NCBI GenBank assembly: GCA_038997165.1
Contig: JAWBAK010000001.1
Location: 485,320-549,319, forward strand
Source of the DNA: Candidatus Aenigmatarchaeota archaeon
Lineage (GTDB): Archaea; Aenigmatarchaeota; Aenigmatarchaeia; CG10238-14; SpSt-28
DNA: 64,000 bases
Direction of reading: 5' to 3'
Part shown: in pieces, positions 11,499 to 21,602 of the stretch
Layout: every line of letters starts with the position of its first letter
How positions within the stretch are numbered: the first letter of the stretch is position 1
Translations under genes and position numbers: made by a program
The notes under the pieces: model-generated
Database searches by the model: none
Told to the model about the DNA's origin: nothing
Seen by the model: the letters and a program-made list of their open reading frames with translations, nothing else

Positions 11499-13345
11499 AT
11501 AAAAAATATATATTTAATTTAAAGTATTATATTATGAAGATTAATATAGGTTTATCTCACATATTTTTAATCTTTTTAATGACTTTACTTTTTAACACAT
11601 CTTTTTCTCAAGGAAATTTTATAATAAGAAATAAAACAGATATAAACATAGTATATTTTATAGTTAACGGAACTACTGGTAGAGTTGGTATAGGATTAAT
11701 AAATCCTCAATATAAATTAGATGTTAGCGGTGATGTTAGAGTTAGTGGTAACTTATTTGTAACTAGTGGAATTAATATTGGAGGTGATTTAAGTATAGGA
11801 GGAAATATAGTAATAACTTCAGGAAGAGTAGTACAAAATATAGCTAGTGTTGGAACTAATTTAATTCCTTCTAGTGATAATTCTTATGATTTAGGTAATT
11901 CAACTCATAGATGGAGAGCTGTTTATGCAAGTGGATATTATATTGGCGCTACTCAAATAATTGATAGTTCAAGAAATATAATAAATGTTAATTGGGTTAA
12001 TGCAACTAATATAAACGCAACTCAATCAATAAGAGCAAGTATTATTTATCAAGGAAACAATCAAGTTATAGATACGATAAGTGCAAATGCACCAATTACT
12101 GTAAGTAGAAGTGGAAGTTCAGTAACTATTGGACTACAAGCAAGTGGAGTAACAGCAGGAACTTATGGATCTGCATCACAAGTACCTCAAATTCAAGTTG
12201 ATGCATATGGAAGAATAACTTCTGCAAGCAATGTTAACATTGCTATTGATGCTAGCCAAATTGTTTCTGGAATAATTTCTTCTGCGAGATTAGATAGTAA
12301 TATAGCTTGGTTAAATAGAACTCAAACATGGACAGCCCCTCAAACATTTAATGAAAACGTATGGTTTAATAAAAATGTTTTTATAGTCGGCAATATTTCT
12401 TATGTTAATGTTCAAAATTTAAACGTTAATGGAAGTTTCGTTCCAATAGCTACCGGAGTTTTTAGTTTAGGAAGTCCAGAATACAAGTGGAAAGATATAT
12501 ATGGAATAAATATATATGGAGATAATGTTTATTCTGGAGGTAATTTGGTATTAACAAACGTAACCAATTTTGCTAATTCAGCAGATAGTGACATTACAGT
12601 TAGTGGAACTTATAATAGCCTTAATTTACAAATAAGAGCTGGAGCTGTTGGAACAAATGAATTAGCTCAAATTTCTTGTCCTCCAAATCAGGTATTAGCT
12701 TCGATTGGTGGAGGTAGTTATACTTGTGTTGATGTAAATCCAGCAAATGTTATTAATGGTACTGGTCAGCCAGGACAAATAGCTTATTTTTCATCTACTA
12801 ATACATTAAGCGGAAGTAATCAGTTATTTTTGGATACTACGAATTGGAGAGTTGGTATAGGAACTACTTCACCAGTTAGAAAATTAGATGTGGTTGGAGA
12901 TATTAATGCAACTCAAGCAATTTATTCAAGCCAAGGATATTATGTTGGCACAACTCAAATAATAACTTCTGGAAGAGTATTACAAAATATAGCTAATGTT
13001 GGAACCCATTTAATTCCTTCTAGTGATAATGCTTTTGATTTAGGTAGTTTAACTAATAGATGGAGATGGGTTAATGCAACTAATATAAATGCAACTCAAT
13101 CAATAAGAGCTTCTCAAATTTGTATAGGAAATGATTGTAGAAGTGCATGGCCAACTTTAGTAGAAACTGATCCATATTGGAATTCAAATATAACTGCTAT
13201 TTCAGCTAATTATTTAATTAAAAGAAGTCCAACCGGTATAGCTCAATCGATAATTTACGATGATGGAGCTAAAGTAGGAATTGGAACAAATTCTCCAGCT
13301 GGTTTATTGCATATTAGAGGAGGAGATATAATAATAGAAGTGTAA
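11495..13345 (+). CDS. Secreted tail-fibre-like beta-repeat protein 2
   Basis: Signal peptide; GRVGIG repeats, IPSSDNSYDLG..RW, GVTAGTYG..VDAYGRITSA motifs typical of phage tail fibres. Confidence 0.75.
   Translation: MNKKYIFNLKYYIMKINIGLSHIFLIFLMTLLFNTSFSQGNFIIRNKTDINIVYFIVNGTTGRVGIGLINPQYKLDVSGDVRVSGNLFVTSGINIGGDLSIGGNIVITSGRVVQNIASVGTNLIPSSDNSYDLGNSTHRWRAVYASGYYIGATQIIDSSRNIINVNWVNATNINATQSIRASIIYQGNNQVIDTISANAPITVSRSGSSVTIGLQASGVTAGTYGSASQVPQIQVDAYGRITSASNVNIAIDASQIVSGIISSARLDSNIAWLNRTQTWTAPQTFNENVWFNKNVFIVGNISYVNVQNLNVNGSFVPIATGVFSLGSPEYKWKDIYGINIYGDNVYSGGNLVLTNVTNFANSADSDITVSGTYNSLNLQIRAGAVGTNELAQISCPPNQVLASIGGGSYTCVDVNPANVINGTGQPGQIAYFSSTNTLSGSNQLFLDTTNWRVGIGTTSPVRKLDVVGDINATQAIYSSQGYYVGTTQIITSGRVLQNIANVGTHLIPSSDNAFDLGSLTNRWRWVNATNINATQSIRASQICIGNDCRSAWPTLVETDPYWNSNITAISANYLIKRSPTGIAQSIIYDDGAKVGIGTNSPAGLLHIRGGDIIIEV
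11654..11830 (+). repeat. Module A, identical to 13531-13707
   Basis: Direct base-by-base match at offset 1877. Confidence 0.92.
11832..11968 (+). repeat. Module B, identical to 14822-14958
   Basis: Direct match at offset 2990. Confidence 0.92.
12851..12995 (+). repeat. Module C, near-identical to 14692-14836
   Basis: Direct match at offset 1841 with a few substitutions. Confidence 0.9.
12997..13261 (+). repeat. Module D, identical to 13725-13989
   Basis: Direct match at offset 728. Confidence 0.92.
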
Positions 13346-13398
13346 ATAAATAAAATATAAGTTTAAAATTAAAAAATATTAAAAAGAAAAGATATTTT

Positions 13399-16050
13399 AT
13401 GAAAACAAAAAATTTTTATATTGTTTTGTTTTTGATATTTATTTTTATTAATATTTATAAACTAGACTTGGTTAGTTCTCAAGTATATAAAGATTTTATA
13501 ATTAGAAATATTTCTAATACTTCTACTGTTTATTTTATAGTTAACGGAACTACTGGTAGAGTTGGTATAGGATTAATAAATCCTCAATATAAATTAGATG
13601 TTAGCGGTGATGTTAGAGTTAGTGGTAACTTATTTGTAACTAGTGGAATTAATATTGGAGGTGATTTAAGTATAGGAGGAAATATAGTAATAACTTCAGG
13701 AAGAGTATTGCAAAATATAGCTAGTGTTGGAACCCATTTAATTCCTTCTAGTGATAATGCTTTTGATTTAGGTAGTTTAACTAATAGATGGAGATGGGTT
13801 AATGCAACTAATATAAATGCAACTCAATCAATAAGAGCTTCTCAAATTTGTATAGGAAATGATTGTAGAAGTGCATGGCCAACTTTAGTAGAAACTGATC
13901 CATATTGGAATTCAAATATAACTGCTATTTCAGCTAATTATTTAATTAAAAGAAGTCCAACCGGTATAGCTCAATCGATAATTTACGATACAGGAACAAA
14001 TGTTGGAATTGGAACAACTTCACCAAGCTATAAATTAGATGTAGTTGGAGATATAAGAAGTACAGGAAGTGTGATAACTTCAATTGTAAAAGCAGAGGCT
14101 CCTTATACTTACGTGGGACAGGCAGATAATCTATTAGGAGTGGCTAGACTTATGCCTAATGCTTTCGGTTTTAATCCACCTTATAAAGTTGAAGAATATA
14201 ACCCAGGAAGTGGTACGTGGAACGACATAACCCAAAATTACACTTGGGGATATATCACAGATTTAAGGGGAACAGAAGTGGCAATTCCATTGGCAGCTAA
14301 TGTAGATAAGACTATTAGATTTTACTTTAATATAGGAGGCTGGAGTGGGGGAGATCTAACTGCCATTGTATTATATGCAAGATGGATAAACAGCCTAAAA
14401 CAAGTAAAGGTTGAATCTTCGACAACTTCAGATTTCTCAAGTGGAGTAACCACAAGATTAGATTGGAACGGAAATATAGGACATTGGGATGAGGTAACTC
14501 TTTGGCGCTTGACAAGTAGAACTGGCGGTGATACTTATATTAGAGTCACTTTCACTTTTATGAGAACAAGTGATGGAGAAATAAGGATAAGGGAGCTAAT
14601 GGGATTAAGTTATGCGGCTGTCGGTAGAATATTTGAAGGATATGTTCCATATAGTTGGGATCACAATAAAAATGTTTTCTTTTTGGGTAATGTTGGAATA
14701 GGAACTACTTCACCAGTTAGAAAATTAGATGTAGTTGGAGATATTAATGCAACTCAAGCAATTTATTCAAGCCAAGGATATTATGTTGGCACCTATCAAA
14801 TAATAACTTCTGGAAGAGTATTACAAAATATAGCTAGTGTTGGAACTAATTTAATTCCTTCTAGTGATAATTCTTATGATTTAGGTAATTCAACTCATAG
14901 ATGGAGAGCTGTTTATGCAAGTGGATATTATATTGGCGCTACTCAAATAATTGATAGTAATAGAAATTTGGTTAATATTAATCAAATTATTGCTGATGGT
15001 CCAATGAACATAGATAGTGGAACTTTATATGTAGATTCGGCTAATGATAGAGTTGGAATTGGAACGGCAAGTCCAACAGCAAAACTAGACGTAAGAGGAA
15101 ATATTATTCTTATTTCTCCCGATAGTGGAATATATGCATATGAAATGAGAAGAACAGATGAGGATAATAATTTACATTGGTGGAGAATATGGCATATGAA
15201 CAATAATTATAGAAAGAATGCACTAGAAATTTGGGAGTATTTAGCTAATACCTCTTATGATTCAAACCCGTGTAATAATAATCCTGGAGATATATGCGCT
15301 CCTCGAATTATTATTACTAGTGGAGGTAACGTTGGAATAGGAGGTATAGTTCCAAGCTATAGATTAGATGTAGCAGGAGATATAAGAGGTCAAAATAATT
15401 TGTATGTTTCTGGAAATGTTGGTATTGGAACAACAAATCCACAAGGAAAATTACATGTTTATGATGGAACAAAAGAGTTGATGAAAGTTGTTAATGATGC
15501 TGATGTTAGTGGTATTGTTGTTGGTAGTGCTGAGGGGGGAAGACATTTAATAATTAATGATGTTCCTCAAGCACGATGGGCTTTAGCTACTGGTGATTAT
15601 GATTTGTCTTTTCAGAATGATTATGGTGGAATATGGAATACAAGAATGATAATTACTGAAAGTGGTAATGTTGGTATAGGAACTACAGCACCTAATACGT
15701 TACTTCATCTTTACAAAACTGATGGAGTTGAATTAAGAACGGAGAGTGATTGGAATTATGCAATTTTTAGAGTAAAAGTTGGTAGTAATATGGGATGGTT
15801 TGGACGAGGTATTGGATGGAGTGGAATAGGATTATATAATGATCAAGGAGGAGGTATTTTATATCTTGCAGATATAACAGGCAATGTTGGTATTGGGACT
15901 CTTTCTCCATCAGAAAAATTACATGTTATGGGAAATATAAGAACTTCTGGAAATATAACTATTGAAGGTAATTTTATAAAGGATTCTTCCAATATAAACA
16001 GAATCCAGTTTGATGCTATAAATAGAAATGTAATAATTTGGGTTGGTTAA
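13399..16050 (+). CDS. Secreted tail-fibre-like beta-repeat protein 3
   Basis: Signal peptide; about 8 GNVGIGT..P..KL(D/H)V repeats separated by variable domains. Confidence 0.75.
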   Translation: MKTKNFYIVLFLIFIFINIYKLDLVSSQVYKDFIIRNISNTSTVYFIVNGTTGRVGIGLINPQYKLDVSGDVRVSGNLFVTSGINIGGDLSIGGNIVITSGRVLQNIASVGTHLIPSSDNAFDLGSLTNRWRWVNATNINATQSIRASQICIGNDCRSAWPTLVETDPYWNSNITAISANYLIKRSPTGIAQSIIYDTGTNVGIGTTSPSYKLDVVGDIRSTGSVITSIVKAEAPYTYVGQADNLLGVARLMPNAFGFNPPYKVEEYNPGSGTWNDITQNYTWGYITDLRGTEVAIPLAANVDKTIRFYFNIGGWSGGDLTAIVLYARWINSLKQVKVESSTTSDFSSGVTTRLDWNGNIGHWDEVTLWRLTSRTGGDTYIRVTFTFMRTSDGEIRIRELMGLSYAAVGRIFEGYVPYSWDHNKNVFFLGNVGIGTTSPVRKLDVVGDINATQAIYSSQGYYVGTYQIITSGRVLQNIASVGTNLIPSSDNSYDLGNSTHRWRAVYASGYYIGATQIIDSNRNLVNINQIIADGPMNIDSGTLYVDSANDRVGIGTASPTAKLDVRGNIILISPDSGIYAYEMRRTDEDNNLHWWRIWHMNNNYRKNALEIWEYLANTSYDSNPCNNNPGDICAPRIIITSGGNVGIGGIVPSYRLDVAGDIRGQNNLYVSGNVGIGTTNPQGKLHVYDGTKELMKVVNDADVSGIVVGSAEGGRHLIINDVPQARWALATGDYDLSFQNDYGGIWNTRMIITESGNVGIGTTAPNTLLHLYKTDGVELRTESDWNYAIFRVKVGSNMGWFGRGIGWSGIGLYNDQGGGILYLADITGNVGIGTLSPSEKLHVMGNIRTSGNITIEGNFIKDSSNINRIQFDAINRNVIIWVG

Positions 16051-16051
16051 A

Positions 16052-17323
16052 ATGTTAGGTAAAAAATTTATTATTATAATAGTTATTTTTGCGACTTTTT
16101 CATTAGTATATTTAAATTTATTTACAACATCTATCGAATCTTTTTTACTAATAAAAAATGATAATAAAAAAATTTTAAATGAAAAAATAAATAGTAATTT
16201 AAGTTATTTTCAGGATTTAAAAACTATTGTTTTTTCAGATTTAGATCCAATATTTTGTAATATTAATTTTAATCCTCCATGGTTTGTTGTATATAATAAT
16301 GATGGTGGCTACTTAATTATTATAAGTTCGGAAGGAAATTTATTCATTAATACAACTTCTAATCTTATTATAACATCTTCTGTTAGACAAACTGGATGGC
16401 TAAATGCATTTATTTTAAGAAATTCTTCTCATATTCTTTTTGCAGCTAATAGAACTCACACTCAAATTTATGGTGGATTTGTAGAAAATGTAAATCCAAT
16501 ACCAACTACAAATAGTTTTGTAGTGAGAAATCTTTCTAATAATGTTGTTTTAGCTATTTTTAATTCTTCAGATGGAAAATTTTATTTAAGAGGAAAAGCA
16601 GTATATACTGGAAGTCAAGCTGGATGTCCCTCTGATGGTTGGTATTGTTCAGGAGATATTCGTGAATATAGAGATTATTATTGTTATGCTCCTTCTGGTT
16701 CTTGTAGATATACTGTAACTCAATCTGAAAATTGTAATAATTATGATGTTTGTCTTAATTATGGAAATAATGCGGGCTGTGGCTCAGATCCCACTGCAGA
16801 AAAAAGAGATTATTATTGTTCTAATGGTGCTTGTGTATATACTTATTCTAGTGTAAATTGTGATAGCTATGATATTTGTACAAATGTATGTGGTGGTGAC
16901 AATAAGATATATTCTTATAAAGATTATTATGTCTCTTCTTCTTGTACTTGTACTTATTCTTTAGGATCCTTAGTAGAAGATTGTACAACAAAAGCATCTA
17001 CTGATACAGATGGAGGAGATGCTCCATTTACTCAAGGAACTGTAACAGATTATGTAGGTTGTAGTGGAACAAGCTCAACTTGTAATGTTTATAATACTTA
17101 TACGGATTATTGTTCTAGTAGTACAACTTTAGTAGAATATTATCCGAGCGGTAGTAGTTATGGAAGTAAAACGTATGATTGCTCTGTATTTTGGACTTGT
17201 GATATTTGTTATGGGCAACAAGGTTTGCGATATGCTTGTTATGCATGTATTACAGGAAAATGTGCTGGTGGATGTAGTAATTCACCAGTTTCTGGTTATA
17301 CGTGTATAAATTGTGTAATATAA
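16052..17323 (+). CDS. Secreted/anchored protein with Cys-rich C-terminal half
   Basis: N-terminal TM; F(I/V)(L/V)RN modules like the fibre N-termini; very many Cys in RDYYC repeats; TDTDGGD..QGTV..DYC motif. Confidence 0.7.
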   Translation: MLGKKFIIIIVIFATFSLVYLNLFTTSIESFLLIKNDNKKILNEKINSNLSYFQDLKTIVFSDLDPIFCNINFNPPWFVVYNNDGGYLIIISSEGNLFINTTSNLIITSSVRQTGWLNAFILRNSSHILFAANRTHTQIYGGFVENVNPIPTTNSFVVRNLSNNVVLAIFNSSDGKFYLRGKAVYTGSQAGCPSDGWYCSGDIREYRDYYCYAPSGSCRYTVTQSENCNNYDVCLNYGNNAGCGSDPTAEKRDYYCSNGACVYTYSSVNCDSYDICTNVCGGDNKIYSYKDYYVSSSCTCTYSLGSLVEDCTTKASTDTDGGDAPFTQGTVTDYVGCSGTSSTCNVYNTYTDYCSSSTTLVEYYPSGSSYGSKTYDCSVFWTCDICYGQQGLRYACYACITGKCAGGCSNSPVSGYTCINCVI

Positions 17324-17394
17324 ATTTGTTTAGATTATAATAAAATAAAATACTTTGTTTATTAATTTTGATAAAATTTTTAAAACAAATTTTT

Positions 17395-17581
17395 AAAATT
17401 TAAATATATTTTACAAGCTAATATATAGTTACATTCTCGTTTTAAAGAAAAATCATTTATAATCACAACTAAATTTATTAATACAACTTTAATTTTTTAT
17501 TGTAAATAACATTAATGAATTCTAAATTCTTTTTTCTTTAAAACTTTACTTTCTCTCATCAATTTTCTGCTTTAATTTTTT
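17395..17581 (-). pseudogene. Decayed duplicate of the SWIM zinc-finger gene at 21344-21640
   Basis: caagctaatatat..tacattct..aatcacaactaaatt..tctaaattc..gctttaattttt aligns with ~21370-21575 with indels. Confidence 0.8.
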
Positions 17582-17869
17582 AGTTCAAAAGCAATCTATG
17601 TAATCTAAATTGGTAGCAATTTTCTTTACTTAAACATTAGATTTTATTGCTACTATCTAACGTCTAAAGTTAAACAATTATTTCGAAACAAGTTCTCTAA
17701 ATTGTACTTCAATAAATAATTAAAAAGATAAAAGGTATAGAAAAGGAAAAGTTAAGTAAACTTAACTTTATTTTTCTAAAAAGTTTCTATCCTTACAAAA
17801 AATCTAGAAAGATAATATTGCATATAATAATTTAATAATTTAGACTATTCAAAAATTAACATAATATTC

Positions 17870-18283
17870 ATAAACTCAAAAAAGAGCAAGCCAAATAGAA
17901 GCAAACTTATCAGAAATGAAAAACTTAGATAATGATTTATCAAAAATTGCTTTATTGCTAGTAAAAACAAGTAAAGAAAATATCAAGCAATTCAAAACTT
18001 TATGCTAATAAATGATAGCACAACAATGACATACGAAATATCAGTTTATTTATTAAACGATGATATTAAATATTTTAAAAAACAAAGAATTTACTTTTTT
18101 GAAAATTATAGAACACCGATTACTGGACACATAGATATTTTACAGATAAGAAATGGTTTAATTCACATTTTAGATTATAAGCCAAATGCTGAAAAAGTAA
18201 ATGCAATTAATCAATTAACAATTTACGCTTTGGCCTTAGCAAGCAGAACAAAACTTGCCGTTAAAGATTTTAAATGTGCTTGA
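17870..18283 (+). pseudogene. PD-(D/E)XK nuclease remnant
   Basis: ITGHIDILQ...HILDYKP...QLTIYALAL motif; truncated at both ends. Confidence 0.65.
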
Positions 18284-18478
18284 GTTAATCCAATAGAAAA
18301 TTTTCATCACAATTGAAAAAAGTATCTCAACAGAAGGTTAACTTGTTAAAAATAACAAAGCTAAAGAGACAATTGACTGATAAGCTTGCTGAAAATTTCA
18401 AAATGCTGGGTTTGATGATAAAATTTGTTTTGAATTTTTTTTCCTTTACATGCCGTTTTAACTTTATTTTGATAGCGT

Positions 18479-19756
18479 TTAATCTTGTTTTAACAACCAT
18501 TTCCATAAAGGTATGCATTTAATTTTTTTGTTTTCAAAATTTAACTCATCTTCATAATCCCAAGTAATTATTAATAAATCTTCGCATTTTAATAATTCAC
18601 TTGCTTTAATTAATGCCCTTATTTCTCTTTTTTCTATTTCATCTTTATTAGATGCATATGTTACTTGAATTAATTGCTTAATCTTTAACCCTTCTTTAAT
18701 TACAAAATCTACTTCATACTCATTAGTTTTAAAATAATATATTTTGCTTAGTGGTCTATAGTTCGTGCTTCTGAGTAATTCTAAGTAAACTGTATTTTCC
18801 ATCTTTTTTCCAAAATCTTTTTCAAATCTAACTAAATTAGATAAACCTAAATCACAAATATAAATTTTGTTTGGCCAGCTTTTTCTTTCATATAAACTTT
18901 TTCTAAATTTTTCTACACAAAAGCAAAAAAATATATCGGAAATTTTATCGAAATAATTATAAATAGTCGATTTTGTTTCAACTTTTAGGTTTGAAGTTAC
19001 ATAGTTAGCTATTTTCCTTATACTAATCTCTTTTGAAAAATTTTGAAGAATAAATTCAAAAATTAAAGATGCCACATTTATACTTTTTATACCAAACCTT
19101 TCAACAAAATCTCTATAGAAAATTAAATCGAAATATTCTTTAAGAAGTTTTTCTTTTTTCTCAAAAAATAATACAACTTCTGGATATCCACCCCATTCTA
19201 AGAATTCTTCTAAAAGTTTCTTTATTTTTATTTCCTCATCTAGAGAAATAAATTGCTTTATTTGTATTTCTTTAAACTTTAAAAATTCTCTAAAGCTTAA
19301 TGGTAATAAAATATAGCTTAGGCTTCTTCCTCTAAGTTGCGTTGCAATTTCCTTAGAAAGCAGTTTTGAAGAAGAACCTGAAATAAAAACATAATATCCC
19401 ATATCAAGTAGTGATCGAACTAAGGATTCCCAACTATTAATTACTTGAATTTCATCCAAAAAAATATTTTTAACCTTTTCATTAAAATAATTTTCATAAA
19501 TTCTCACTATTTTTAAAATTTCTTCTGGAGTAACATTTCTGAATGCAATATTTTCAAAATCGAAATAAATACTTTCACTTTCCTTAGAAAATAGTTTAAG
19601 TAAGAAATATGATTTTCCAGCTCTTCTTGGTCCAATTATGCTTATTACTTTATTTTTTATCTTTTCTACTTTTAACTCTCTTTCTATAATTTTTTCTTTT
19701 TCTATCCTTTCTTTAATAGATTTAAAGAATTCTATTACTAGTTTTTCATCAAACAT
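18479..19756 (-). CDS. AAA_14 ATPase with DUF4143 C-terminal domain
   Basis: GPRRAGKS, FLDEIQ, SGSSSKLL, LRGR, GGYPE, MEN.V, EVDFV. Confidence 0.92.
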   Translation of the reverse strand: MFDEKLVIEFFKSIKERIEKEKIIERELKVEKIKNKVISIIGPRRAGKSYFLLKLFSKESESIYFDFENIAFRNVTPEEILKIVRIYENYFNEKVKNIFLDEIQVINSWESLVRSLLDMGYYVFISGSSSKLLSKEIATQLRGRSLSYILLPLSFREFLKFKEIQIKQFISLDEEIKIKKLLEEFLEWGGYPEVVLFFEKKEKLLKEYFDLIFYRDFVERFGIKSINVASLIFEFILQNFSKEISIRKIANYVTSNLKVETKSTIYNYFDKISDIFFCFCVEKFRKSLYERKSWPNKIYICDLGLSNLVRFEKDFGKKMENTVYLELLRSTNYRPLSKIYYFKTNEYEVDFVIKEGLKIKQLIQVTYASNKDEIEKREIRALIKASELLKCEDLLIITWDYEDELNFENKKIKCIPLWKWLLKQD

Positions 19757-19765
19757 AATAATTAT

Positions 19766-19805
19766 TATGACATTTTAATTTAAATTTGTCATAGTGATTA
19801 TGACA
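19766..19805. promoter_or_regulatory. Three TATGACA/TGTCATA half-sites upstream of the ATPase; possible operator
   Basis: tatgaca 19766, tgtcata 19787, tatgaca 19799 around a TTTAAA box. Confidence 0.45.
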
Positions 19806-19807
19806 TT

Positions 19808-21075
19808 TTACATATAATTGCTTTTTGCTTCTAATACTAACCATTTCCATAAAGGTATGCATTTAATTTTTTTGTTTTCAAAATTTAACTCATCTTCATA
19901 ATCCCAAGTAATTATTAATAAATCTTCGCATTTTAATAATTCACTTGCTTTAATTAATGCCCTTATTTCTCTTTTTTCTATTTCATCTTTATTTGAAGCA
20001 TAAGTTACTTGAATTAGCTGTTTAATTTCTAAGCCTTCTTTAATTACAAAATCTACTTCGTTTTGCTGATAATCTTTAAAGTAAAAAATTTCAATTAGTG
20101 GATAAATATTTGTTTTTCTAAGTAATTCTAAAAATACACAATTTTCCATTAATTTTCCTATATCTTGTGAAAACCTTACTAAAACTGAAATTCCTGTATC
20201 AACAATATATACTTTTTTTGGCCAGCTCCTTCTAATATAAACACTTTTTGAAAATTTCTCAACAAAAAAATATCTTGTAATTTATCAATATAATCGTAAA
20301 GAGTCCTATTAGTAAAACTGACCCTTTCTTTTATATTTTTTCCTATTTTATTTATACTAATTTCTTTTCCAAAATTTTGAAAAATAAATTCAAATAAAAA
20401 TCTTCCTAGCTCAAAACTTTTAATTTTATGTCTTTCAACAAAATCAGAAAGAAATATTTCATCAAAATATCTTTTTAACAATTTTTCTTTTTCATCACTA
20501 AAAACAACTTCTGGATATCCACCTTCTTTTAAATACCTATCTAAAAGCCTTAATAACTTACCTCTTTCTTCAAAAATATAATATTCTTTAATTTCAAATT
20601 TATTGGCAATTAAAAATTCTCTAAAGCTAAATGGTAATAATAGATAACTTATTGTTCTTCCTCTTAATTGGGTTGCTATTTCTTTTGGTAATAATTTAGA
20701 CGAAGAGCCAGTAATAAAAATTCTATAATCTCTATCAATTAAAGTTCTTACTAAGCTTTCCCAATCCTCAACAAGTTGGATTTCATCAAGTAGAAGAGTT
20801 TTTGGAGAAAATCCCTTAACTTCAACAAAAATCTTTAAAATTTCGAAAAAATCTCCCACTTTAATATTTCTAAAAGCTAAATCTTCAAAATTTACATAAA
20901 GAGAATCCTGGTAGAATTATTTAAAAGATAAAGCATATACCATGTTTTTCCACCTCTTCTTGGTCCTAAAATAGAAATTGCTTTATCTTTAACATCCTTT
21001 ACTTCTAACTCTCTTTTAATTCCTCTAAATTTTCTTTCCCTTAGGAAATAATCCTTTATTAATTCTTTGTTTATA
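19808..21075 (-). pseudogene. Frameshifted second AAA_14/DUF4143 ATPase
   Basis: GPRRGGKT (~20945-20970), LLDEIQ..GGYPE (20179-20859 ORF) and MENCV..EVDFV (19808-20149) lie in separate, disrupted reading frames. Confidence 0.88.
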
Positions 21076-21343
21076 ATAATATAAATTTTTAATAAAATTT
21101 ATATCTTAGAAATATATAACTAAATTTTTGCATTATTAAGTTTATTACTAGCTTTATTAATGTTTTCCCTATTTTTAAATGTTTATACTAATAGTTTAAA
21201 GATTTAAATAATAATTATACTAGAAGTAAAAACAGCCAGTTATCATAGGAAAATTATCAAAATTATATTTTTATCAATTATTTCACAAAGTATACGTTAA
21301 ATCTTTATTATTTAGAGCGGAAGTTACTTTAGTTATTTTTTAT

Positions 21344-21595
21344 TTATTGGTAAAAATTATTTTTCATAAAAATTTTGCAAGCTAATATATGGCTACATTC
21401 TTGTTTTTTAAGGGAAAACCATTTACAATCACAACTAAATTCATTTTTAATTTTATCATAAATAACGTAATGAATATCTTTATCTCCTTTAACAGTAAAG
21501 TGAATTCTAAATTCATTTTCAAAATCTTTTAAAACTCTACCTTCTCTTACTAATCTTCTTGCTTTAATTTTTTTCCATATTGCTTTAACACTCAT
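21344..21595 (-). CDS. SWIM zinc-finger protein
   Basis: FSCDC...ECSHILA (CxC-x-CxH); start at MSVKAIW preferred. Confidence 0.85.
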   Translation of the reverse strand: MSVKAIWKKIKARRLVREGRVLKDFENEFRIHFTVKGDKDIHYVIYDKIKNEFSCDCKWFSLKKQECSHILACKIFMKNNFYQ

Positions 21596-21602
21596 AATTT
21601 TT

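Noticed and set aside
11654..14958. Possible CRISPR array
   Set aside because: Repeats are long, in-frame and irregularly spaced; no repeat-spacer pattern or cas genes anywhere in the window.
10728..16050. Provirus or diversity-generating retroelement interpretation of the fibre genes
   Set aside because: No capsid, terminase or portal genes and no reverse transcriptase; repeat differences are not adenine-specific; the proteins carry signal peptides.
7707..16070. Identical MLGKKF starts in two proteins (7707 and 16052)
   Set aside because: Different codons and no further similarity; likely coincidence.
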